DNA of 64,000 bases from an uncultured Clostridia bacterium (GTDB taxonomy: Bacteria; Bacillota; Clostridia; Oscillospirales; JAAYOS01). Of this stretch, positions 27,521 to 35,102 are shown one piece after another. Position 1 is the stretch's first letter. Each line of letters starts with the position of its first letter. The translations under genes were made by a program, and so were the position numbers. The notes under the pieces are model-generated. The model saw nothing but the letters and a program-made list of their open reading frames with translations. It was not told the DNA's origin and did not search any database. Location: positions 41,938 through 105,937 of the forward strand of contig CANQDU010000006.1 in assembly GCA_947593925.1 (NCBI GenBank), in the 5' to 3' direction.

Positions 27521-28606
27521 TCAGGACGTCGCTATAAGTCCGATGGCGGCAGCAAGGACCGCCACGGCCGCTATCACGCCTGCGATCAACTGTCCACGGT
27601 ACTTTACGTACCACGGCACCGGAGGCGGAGGCGGGGGCGGAGCTATTGCGCTGAGAAGGGCATTTTTGAACTCGGCCATGGTCTGATACCGGTCCGTGGG
27701 ACGTATGGCCAGCGCCTTGCGGAACACGGCCTTCTGTGCCTCCGTAAGGCAGTCGGGAAGGAACAGAGGATCCGGTTGACCTTGGGTAGTTGCGGAAAGG
27801 CGCTCTGAGCAGTCAGTAGGAGCGCTGCCGGTCAGGCAGAACAGCATAGACGCCGCCAGAGTGTAGACGTCGGAGTAGAAGCCCGCGGGTCCCAAGACGG
27901 TTGTGGCCTGCTCGATGGGCGCGTATCCGGGCTTGAAGAAGCCCGTCATAGCTTTGTCTACCGGCCTTGCGGAGCCGAAATCCGTCAGGCACAGCTCGCC
28001 GTTCGGCATGAGCATGATGTTGTCAGGGCATATATCCCTGTGTACCATGCCTTTGCTGTGTATCCACGTTATGCCGTCCATAAGAGGAAGCATCTTCGGG
28101 AAGAGCTCCTGCGGCGCCATTTTTCCGTCCGGGCGGGCGCGGACTGCCTTGTAGAGCGGCTGCCCGGAGATAAACCCCAGGATCAGATACGCCGTTCCGT
28201 TGGCCTCCAGATAGTCCACGCCCTTGACGATGCTTGCCGGGCCGTTGTCAAGCTTTGCGACCATCTTGGCCTCCTTGAGGAAGCTCATGCGCCCTTGGTT
28301 ATAGGCGTCTTCCGTACGGTTTGCGGCGTACACGGTAACGCCGTCCTTGTCACGCTCCGCCCAGCGGTGATTGCCCCTTGAGGGAAAGTATTCCTTGATG
28401 GCAACTTCCTGCTTGGTCCTTTTATCGGTTCCCCGGTAGGTTATACCGAAGCCGCCCTGACCGAGGACGCCGCCGACCCAGTATGTCGCGTCTCCGCTGC
28501 CGATGACCGTTCCGACAGGGAGAGCGGGCGGCAGATTTGCTCCGCAGTGGGGACAGACCGGCTGAGCAGGAGTGTCAAACTCGCGGCCGCATTTCGGACA
28601 TTTCAT
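27521..28606 (-). CDS. Tail-anchored Ser/Thr protein kinase with N-terminal zinc ribbon
   Basis: 361 aa. Motifs are CPKCG...CPHCG, GQGGFGITY, VAIKEY, HRDICPDN, DFG and GYAPIEQ, followed by a PPPPPPVPW linker and a C-terminal TM (LIAGVIAAVAVLAAAIGLIA). Confidence 0.85.
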   Translation of the reverse strand: MKCPKCGREFDTPAQPVCPHCGANLPPALPVGTVIGSGDATYWVGGVLGQGGFGITYRGTDKRTKQEVAIKEYFPSRGNHRWAERDKDGVTVYAANRTEDAYNQGRMSFLKEAKMVAKLDNGPASIVKGVDYLEANGTAYLILGFISGQPLYKAVRARPDGKMAPQELFPKMLPLMDGITWIHSKGMVHRDICPDNIMLMPNGELCLTDFGSARPVDKAMTGFFKPGYAPIEQATTVLGPAGFYSDVYTLAASMLFCLTGSAPTDCSERLSATTQGQPDPLFLPDCLTEAQKAVFRKALAIRPTDRYQTMAEFKNALLSAIAPPPPPPPVPWYVKYRGQLIAGVIAAVAVLAAAIGLIATS

Positions 28607-28609
28607 TTT

Positions 28610-29986
28610 TTATACGCCCCCCTTTGTGCTCACGGTGAATGACTGATTGTTCGAGCCCAGAGCTATCACGTCGCCTACATGCAGTACGGTCGGAACGTTC
28701 GGCGGGATGCGCTGTCCGTTCACGTAGGTGCCGTAGGTCGAGCCGAGATCCGTAACGGTCAGAGACCCGGAGTTCAGCGAGACCGCCGCGTGAACGTGGC
28801 TGACGCCGGGCGTCCTGTCTGGGAATTGGAGACCGTTCGGGCCGGGATCCACGCCTATTCGGACGTACTGCCCCTCATTCACGGCGAAGCGCCTTCCCGC
28901 GAAAACGCCGGCGGTGCCCTGCAGGCGGACGGCTCCGATGATGACCGTTGGGTCGCCGGCCGGCTTATCCTTTCCGCCCTTATCTTTCTTGGTAAGGACG
29001 ACGATAAGCACCACGGCTCCGGCGAGAACCGCGGCGCCTGCGGCGATTATCACTACCCAAAGCCACGTAGAGTCATGGTAGATGTCGTACTTTATGTGCA
29101 GATCATCAAGGATGTCCGGCAGGAAATCTGCCTCGATGGAGAAGAAGTAGTTCTGGCCGTCGCTCTGAGTTCCCCAGGTGTTGATACCCACTACGGCGCC
29201 GTGCTTGTCAATAAGCGGGCCGCCGGAGTTTCCGTAGTTCATGGACGCGGTATGCTGGATAACTCTTACACGCGCGCCGTTGTTATCCGTCGTGGTGGAG
29301 TGAAGGCTGACGGTTCCGTTGGTGACGGTGACACGTTCCACGCTTCCGTAATAGTTTTGAAATCCGTAGCTGTCGCTGACGAAATCCTCCGTGGCTGAGG
29401 GGTATCCCAGCGCCCAGACCTCTTCTCCGGACTCTATCGAATCGTTCGGATCATGCAGCGGCAGCGCCTTGCGTCCCGCGACCGGCTCCGCGGCCTTTAT
29501 CACGGCAAGGTCCGGCTCGTCAAGTTCGGACTTGTACAGGAGATCGCAGGGTACGGCGCGGCTTGTATCTATCTCATTGGTGGCGCTCATTGCAAAGTCG
29601 TCCAACAACAGGTAAATGCGGGATACCGAGGCGGTATAGTAGCATGCGTTACCGTAAATATCATAGTCAAGATCCGCTATATCAGTCATCAGATGACGGT
29701 TGGTCACGAAATACTGCGTCTCCTTGCCGGTCTTTCCGATGCCGGTTCCGCTGCCTAAAGCCATTAATCTCTCATTTACTTGCGTCGGATCCTCTTCGAC
29801 ACCCACAATATTGTCATAGTCGTCAAAGATAAGCGGGTAATAACTCTCTATGTACACGACGGCAACGCGCACAACGCCGTTTCGGTTGGCGCTGCCCGTA
29901 TTGCCGGAGGAACAGCCGGCGAGAGCGACAGTTATCATGCACAGCGCAAGGATTGTGCAAATGACCCTCTTTATATCGGTTTTCAT
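28610..29986 (-). CDS. Lipoprotein-anchored trypsin-like (S1) serine protease - TM - cytoplasmic FHA domain fusion
   Basis: 458 aa. It has a lipobox (VALAGCSS) and a protease region with the Ser motif GNSGGPLIDKHGAVVGINTWG. A TM (WLWVVIIAAGAAVLAGAVVLIVVL) is followed by a C-terminal FHA (GR..., VSHVHAAV, TDLGSTYGTYVNG). The stop lies 3 nt before the next gene's ATG. Confidence 0.8.
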   Translation of the reverse strand: MKTDIKRVICTILALCMITVALAGCSSGNTGSANRNGVVRVAVVYIESYYPLIFDDYDNIVGVEEDPTQVNERLMALGSGTGIGKTGKETQYFVTNRHLMTDIADLDYDIYGNACYYTASVSRIYLLLDDFAMSATNEIDTSRAVPCDLLYKSELDEPDLAVIKAAEPVAGRKALPLHDPNDSIESGEEVWALGYPSATEDFVSDSYGFQNYYGSVERVTVTNGTVSLHSTTTDNNGARVRVIQHTASMNYGNSGGPLIDKHGAVVGINTWGTQSDGQNYFFSIEADFLPDILDDLHIKYDIYHDSTWLWVVIIAAGAAVLAGAVVLIVVLTKKDKGGKDKPAGDPTVIIGAVRLQGTAGVFAGRRFAVNEGQYVRIGVDPGPNGLQFPDRTPGVSHVHAAVSLNSGSLTVTDLGSTYGTYVNGQRIPPNVPTVLHVGDVIALGSNNQSFTVSTKGGV

Positions 29987-30001
29987 ATCCTTTCCCCTTT
30001 C

Positions 30002-30715
30002 TTATATGTCTATCCAGACTGCGGCGGCGGAGTTGTTGTCGTTGCCCTCGCTTACCTTTGAGGCAAGACGTTTCCTCATCCTTGCTATCCAGTCCTCCGG
30101 GTCCTTTGCCGCGCGGAGATCCTTTGCCATCTCTTCCTCCAGCACGTACTCCCAGAACCCGTCGGTGCACAGCAGAAACGCCGTTCTCCCCGGCAGAAGG
30201 TCGCAGGAGCCGGTCTCCACCTTCAGATCCGTGTCCTGCCCCAGGGCGCGGAGCACCCTGTTGCGGTCGGGGTGAAAGCGCAGTTGATCAGGGGTTATCT
30301 GGCCGAGCATCACGCCGATCTGAGCGGAGGAGTGGTCCGTCGTCTGGAACTCCAGCTTGCCGTCGCGGAACCGATAGAGCCGCGAGTCGCCGTCGTGAGC
30401 CCAGACGGCGCGCCCAGGCATGGCCGTCAAAGCCACCACGGTGGTCTTCATGCTGCACTGGGGCGTCTGAATGGCAAGAACGGCTTCGTTGGCGGCGAGG
30501 ACAAGGTTTGTAAGAACGTCCTTGTCCACCTGACCCGCCCAGCGGCCGCAGATAAGCTCGGCCGCCCGGGCGGAGGCCAGTTCGCCGCCGCCGTGGCCGC
30601 CGAGTCCGTCCGCCACCACCGCGCAGATCCTTTCCTCGCCGTGTCTGACCGCCATTACGGTATCTTCGTTGTTGGCACGACCTCCGACATTTGAATATGT
30701 GGCGATTTTGAACAT
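30002..30715 (-). CDS. PP2C-family Ser/Thr phosphatase (soluble)
   Basis: 237 aa. Motifs are NEDT, VADGLGGHGGGELAS and LCTDGFWEYV. The ATG overlaps the upstream stop (TAATG). Confidence 0.85.
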   Translation of the reverse strand: MFKIATYSNVGGRANNEDTVMAVRHGEERICAVVADGLGGHGGGELASARAAELICGRWAGQVDKDVLTNLVLAANEAVLAIQTPQCSMKTTVVALTAMPGRAVWAHDGDSRLYRFRDGKLEFQTTDHSSAQIGVMLGQITPDQLRFHPDRNRVLRALGQDTDLKVETGSCDLLPGRTAFLLCTDGFWEYVLEEEMAKDLRAAKDPEDWIARMRKRLASKVSEGNDNNSAAAVWIDI

Positions 30716-31980
30716 TATTTTCTCCTTTCGGACTTTCGTGAGCTGTCTTCCACCGAAAGTATGACGGCGGTATAGTTGTCCTGATTTGTATAGCCCTTGG
30801 CGGCCACCGCTTTCTTGACGGCATCCGCCGGCGCGCTGTCCGAGAGTGCCGCTGCGAGCTCACTGTCAGTCAAAGCGTTATACACTCCGTCCGTCATGAG
30901 CACCAGCTTATCCCCGGGGTGAAGGTCTATGGGCGACGTGGGCATATCGACATACTTTATATCTCCCATGCCCAGATAGCTGGTAAGTCCGCCCTTCTTC
31001 GGGTGCTTGTAGACGTCGCTTATCTGCGCGGAGCCGCTGACGGCCTGAGCCGCGAGCTCGTATTTGTAGGTGTGTTCGCGGTTGAGCTTATACAGGTCTC
31101 CGTTTCTGTACAGGCATATACGGCTGTCTCCCACGCTGACAAAGGAGAACTTCATGTCGCGCAGAAGACCCATCACAATTGTCGAACCGCTCCGCTTGAG
31201 GCCGCCCGGCCCGAGCAGACCGTCTACGGCCGATACGGCTTTCTTCAGAAGCTCCAGAAGTACGTTCTCGGCGGAGCCGGAGACCGTGAAGAAGCCGTTG
31301 AGCGCCGCGGAAGCGGCGGCCTGACTGACCTGATCCCCGTGCTCGAGACCGCCCATGCCGTCGGCCACCACCGCCAAAACGCCCTGCTTGTCGACAAATT
31401 CGGTGGGTGACACACCGAAGCAGTCCTGCTGATCTTTTCTTGCGCCCTGTCCGTGGAGCTTGTAGGCTTTGACCGTTATTTTTCCGGTCGGTGTCTTGGC
31501 CTTGCGGCTCTTTCTGAGGGCTCGCCGTATCAGCGAGACGATGAGCGCCGCGAGAAGTGCCGCCGTCACGCCGGCCCCGGCGCATATTCCTCCGAAGGCC
31601 GCCGGATGCTGTGCGGCAAAGTCAATGATCTGCCCGGCAAACGTCTGCGTGCCGGTCGTATTTTCGGACTCATTGCCGTCTGCATCTCCGGTTTCTTCGA
31701 CGGCGCCGTCGGTGTCGCCGGTAGCATTTTCGAGCGCCCCGGCGTCTGCGGAGCTCTCCGCACCGGGCGGAGCTGCCGGCGCGGTCGGAGGAGCATCCGA
31801 CGCGGCTGGCGGAGTCACCGGCGCGGTCGGAACGGCATCCGGCACGTCGGGCAGAGCTGCCGGCACGGTCGGAACGGCGTCCGGCACGTCGGGCAGAGCT
31901 GCCGGTGCGGTCGGAATGACATCCGGCAGGTCGGGAGAGGGCGATACGTCCGGGAACCGGGAACTATCCATATTGCTCAT
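30715..31980 (-). CDS. PP2C-family Ser/Thr phosphatase with Pro-rich repeat N-terminus and one TM
   Basis: I chose the start at ATG 31980 (MSNMDSS), which overlaps the upstream stop (ATGA). It has a TM (ICAGAGVTAALLAALIVSLI) and the PP2C motifs VADGMGGLEHGDQVS and LMTDGVYNAL. Confidence 0.8.
   Translation of the reverse strand: MSNMDSSRFPDVSPSPDLPDVIPTAPAALPDVPDAVPTVPAALPDVPDAVPTAPVTPPAASDAPPTAPAAPPGAESSADAGALENATGDTDGAVEETGDADGNESENTTGTQTFAGQIIDFAAQHPAAFGGICAGAGVTAALLAALIVSLIRRALRKSRKAKTPTGKITVKAYKLHGQGARKDQQDCFGVSPTEFVDKQGVLAVVADGMGGLEHGDQVSQAAASAALNGFFTVSGSAENVLLELLKKAVSAVDGLLGPGGLKRSGSTIVMGLLRDMKFSFVSVGDSRICLYRNGDLYKLNREHTYKYELAAQAVSGSAQISDVYKHPKKGGLTSYLGMGDIKYVDMPTSPIDLHPGDKLVLMTDGVYNALTDSELAAALSDSAPADAVKKAVAAKGYTNQDNYTAVILSVEDSSRKSERRK
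31825..31935. repeat. 42-bp tandem repeat (about 2.6 units) encoding the DAVPTxPAALPDVP repeat of the membrane PP2C
   Basis: Units are at 31825-31866 and 31867-31908, with a partial unit at 31909-31935. The two full units differ at only a few positions. Confidence 0.85.
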
Positions 31981-32612
31981 TTGCCCTGTTCTCCCGTCTC
32001 CCAATTGAACTTCTCACAGCAAAGCGGGACAAATATAAGCGTGGTGGCGGAGCCGATGGAGATGGTGTCGTAGGCGTGGATCTCAACGGTGTTGAGAACG
32101 GTCTTGTTGTTGACCTTCACAAGGTTCCGTCCGCCGGCAGGCCCGAAGTAGTAGGCAAGCTCGCTGCTGTCAAAAGCTATCATGGCGTGACTCTCCCGGG
32201 AAATCTGGTCGTCGCCGTGGATGCATATATCGCCGGTGGTGCGGCCTATGTAGTTGTATCCGGCATGGATGCGGTAGTCCTCGCCGTAGTTGGGACCCTT
32301 GATGCATACCAGCCATCCGACCACGGGGTCGCTGCCGCCGACGGGACCGGCGATCTCCGTTTCCACAAATCCCTCGCCGGTTCTGCCGCCGGGGGCGAAG
32401 GTGATGGACTCGGTGGCGCCGGGGACGCCGCCGATGGGCTCGGTGCCGGTCATACCGCCGATGGGTTCGGTGACGCCGGGAACGCCGCCGTTGGACTCGA
32501 CAGACGGGGCCGAACCGGCCGATTTTGCTCCGCATCTGGGGCAAACCTTGTATTTCGCTGTATCGAAGGGATGGCCGTTGGTGCAGTAGGTCATTGTGGT
32601 TTTGGCTTCCAT
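31977..32612 (-). CDS. Zinc-ribbon plus FHA domain protein
   Basis: I chose the start at ATG 32612 (MEAKTTMTYCTNGHPF..CPRCG), preceded by GGGAGGAAAA. It has a Gly/Thr/Pro repeat linker (GVPGVTEPIGGMTGTEPIGGVPGATE) and a C-terminal FHA (IGR..., ISRESHAMIAF, LVKVNN). Confidence 0.8.
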   Translation of the reverse strand: MEAKTTMTYCTNGHPFDTAKYKVCPRCGAKSAGSAPSVESNGGVPGVTEPIGGMTGTEPIGGVPGATESITFAPGGRTGEGFVETEIAGPVGGSDPVVGWLVCIKGPNYGEDYRIHAGYNYIGRTTGDICIHGDDQISRESHAMIAFDSSELAYYFGPAGGRNLVKVNNKTVLNTVEIHAYDTISIGSATTLIFVPLCCEKFNWETGEQGK

Positions 32613-32860
32613 GTTATTTTCCTCCCAATAATTCGTTTTGCCCATTTCGGGCAATTATACAAATTAAATTCTACCACACCTATAACATTTGCAGTCCAAT
32701 CCATTTCCGTCGAAAAAACAGACGCGGAGACAGCCACGGCGCGTCGGCCGGGCTGTCCCCGCAAAAATGTCAAAATCAAAAAACGCCGCGTTGTTCGGGA
32801 GCGGTCCCGCAGTCATTTTCATCCTCGCCGGAAGAGCGGAGCCGCTCTCCCGGTGTATAT

Positions 32861-33943
32861 TTATTCGGAGAAAAGCTGCTCTATCACCTGGGACATACGC
32901 TCGCTCATGGGCTCGGAGTCCGAGGCCAGTGCGTAGAGGGTGAGCCAGTCGGTCGGATCCCGAGGATCCAGCGGCGGCATACCGCAGTCGTTGAGTATGG
33001 CGTTCAGCGTCCACCAATGCTGTTCAAATCTTTCCGAGGCGGTGATATACAGCTCGTCATACTCGCTGTACCCCGAGTCCACCACATTCTCCGTCACCAG
33101 ATACAGAAGCAGCAGAAGCTTTCTGGGCACGTCCTCCTTGCGGGCGCAGATGTTCTTGAGATATGTGGCATTCGGCCAGTTATGCTTTATGAGCTTCTGG
33201 GTGACTGTCAGCCCCGAACGCGAACGGGCTCTCGGCATGCCCATCGTAAGATACAGCTCGGTGACCTCCTCCACGGAGTAGCTCGGCTCCGCCGCACCGC
33301 CGACCTGCGTTGGAGGATTCCTCAGCTGATCCATGTATCTGTCAAGATACCAATAGGCCCGCAGATGGAGCGTTCCGAAGAGCGGGAGCTTGGAAGTGTA
33401 GAGAGTTCGCAATTCCTCGAGGTTATGGACCAGCATGAAGGACTCCTGAAGCTCGTGCGTAACATTTGACGATGTCGTCGCCGGTACGGCGAGAGGAATC
33501 TCTACCCGCGGTAGAGATTTGTAAAACTCCGAAGCCTGCCTGTATTTCCCGGCGTTGCGCAGGAACCAGGCGTATATCACATCCCGCCCGTCCCGGTAAT
33601 GTATTCCGCACCCGGTGCACTGTCCCAACAGACGGTTGGCGTCGTTCTCGGAAAGACCCAGCGCGAACGCCATTCTGAAGAGGTCCTCGCGGTCTGAGGG
33701 TGTGTGCCTGTCGGAAAGCCAGTTGTGTACCTTCCGCAGCGCCGATGCCTCCTCCGGGTCGCCGGGGAGCGACGAGAATTCACGTATAAGCTTGGACTGA
33801 AGGTCGTCAAGTGGATAGAGCGCCCGAAGGGTCTCGGAAAAAGTGCGTATGCTTATTTTCTCTTCACGAAGAAATTCCGCCGCTTTTTTCGGCGTCCATC
33901 CTCCCCAGACTACGCCGTCCGCTCCGGAAAGCATAATTTCCAT
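32861..33943 (-). CDS. Hypothetical 360-aa protein, first gene of the kinase/phosphatase/FHA island
   Basis: A long ORF on the island strand with its own consensus promoter. I recognised no catalytic motif. The N-terminal segment TPKKAAEFLREEKISIRTFSETL could be an HTH, but this is weak. Confidence 0.6.
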   Translation of the reverse strand: MEIMLSGADGVVWGGWTPKKAAEFLREEKISIRTFSETLRALYPLDDLQSKLIREFSSLPGDPEEASALRKVHNWLSDRHTPSDREDLFRMAFALGLSENDANRLLGQCTGCGIHYRDGRDVIYAWFLRNAGKYRQASEFYKSLPRVEIPLAVPATTSSNVTHELQESFMLVHNLEELRTLYTSKLPLFGTLHLRAYWYLDRYMDQLRNPPTQVGGAAEPSYSVEEVTELYLTMGMPRARSRSGLTVTQKLIKHNWPNATYLKNICARKEDVPRKLLLLLYLVTENVVDSGYSEYDELYITASERFEQHWWTLNAILNDCGMPPLDPRDPTDWLTLYALASDSEPMSERMSQVIEQLFSE

Positions 33944-34022
33944 GCATCCACCCCCGCCGAGAAACTTATTCGCCGCGAAAAAACGTTTCTCATTTCTCGT
34001 TTGAAACCATTAAGCTTTTTGC

Positions 34023-34051
34023 AGTATATCACAAAAGATGCGGCTTTTCAA
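34023..34051 (-). promoter_or_regulatory. Sigma-70-type promoter TTGAAA-17-TATACT with TG extension for the island's first gene
   Basis: On the minus strand, TTGAAA is at 34046-34051, followed by a 17-nt spacer and TGaTATACT (34023-34031). It lies ~75 nt upstream of ATG 33943 and directly abuts repeat copy C. Confidence 0.6.
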
Positions 34052-34100
34052 TACGTTTGGCGCATTACAAAGGTATAGGTTTCAGCTTTATAAAACGACA

Positions 34101-34995
34101 GCGGGGCCGTGAGCGCCGCGTCCCTAGGTGAGGCAGAGCCTCACCGACACCTTCGCGGGGCTTTGCCGCCCCGCACCCATCTAGCGGGGAAGCCCCGCAG
34201 GAATCTGCGGGGCGAGCCCCGCGTCCCTGTTACGGGGTAAAACCCCGTATGAATATGCGGAACCTGGCGGTTCCGAGACCTTCGCGGGGCTGTGCCGCCC
34301 CGCACCCCTGCGTTACTTTTTGCTCGCGCAAAAAGTAACCAAAAAGCGCGCTTAAGGGAGAGGGCTCCGCCCTCTCCCTTAAAAATCCCTCTCCCAATAC
34401 AGACACACAACCGCAACCCTCATAGCAGGACCCACTCTGTATCCAACAAATCTATCGTCCCACCGGGTGAGTTTCTGGGGAGAACATCAAACTTTCCAAC
34501 CGTATTCGACGACATCGAACAGTTCCTGCGTAGTAGAAATAAAAATCCGGTCCTACGCTCACACTATAAGCATAATGCAGAGGCTATCCCGAGAAAACGG
34601 AGCTTTCGGTTCTAGAAGAAAGTATGAGCGGGAAAGCCTGTGCTAAGCTACGGACGGACATCCCACGTAGCAGAGACTTTCCGATTAAGGAAAGAGGGTA
34701 CAAAGGGGAGAAAACCGTGGTTTTCTCCCCTTTGTGTGCTTTTTGGTTACTTTTTGCACAAGCAAAAAGTAACGCGGGGCGTGGGGATGCAATCCCCGCA
34801 TGGCGCCGGTAGAGCTCCGCTCTACCAAGGACGCGGGGCTCGCCCCGCGGATGCCCGCGGGGTCTGCCCCGCTAGGGGGTGGGGGGCACATGCCCCACAT
34901 CTGCCCGTGAGGCTCTGCCTCACTTCAGGACGCGGGGTCTCGCCCCGCGAATACTCGCGGGGCTTCCCCGTTATACGGGTGCGGGGCAATGCCAT
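34101..34995 (+). repeat. Composite repeat element, copy C (same orientation as copy B)
   Basis: Hairpin-array arms are at 34101-34399 and 34698-34995, and the conserved core at 34400-34697. It lies between the island promoter and the rhaB promoter region. Confidence 0.85.
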
Positions 34996-35027
34996 ACAAG
35001 GCGGCAGGCTCCGTCCGCAAATCTTTG

Positions 35028-35056
35028 TGGACAAATCGCTTCGGATGCGGTAAAAT
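35028..35056 (+). promoter_or_regulatory. Candidate promoter TGGACA-17-TAAAAT upstream of rhaB
   Basis: TGGACA (35028-35033), a 17-nt spacer and TAAAAT (35051-35056). It lies ~45 nt upstream of the GTG start at 35103. Confidence 0.35.
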
Positions 35057-35102
35057 ATATCCATAGAAAAATGTGCAATTCGTAAAAAGGAGATGAAGGA
35101 GC

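Noticed and set aside
21548-27537. Plus-strand ORFs 21548..22978, 23563..25062 and 26167..27537
   Set aside because: They are antisense to the hydrolase and kinase genes and run across the non-coding repeat copy B. Their composition is typical of GC-rich shadow frames.
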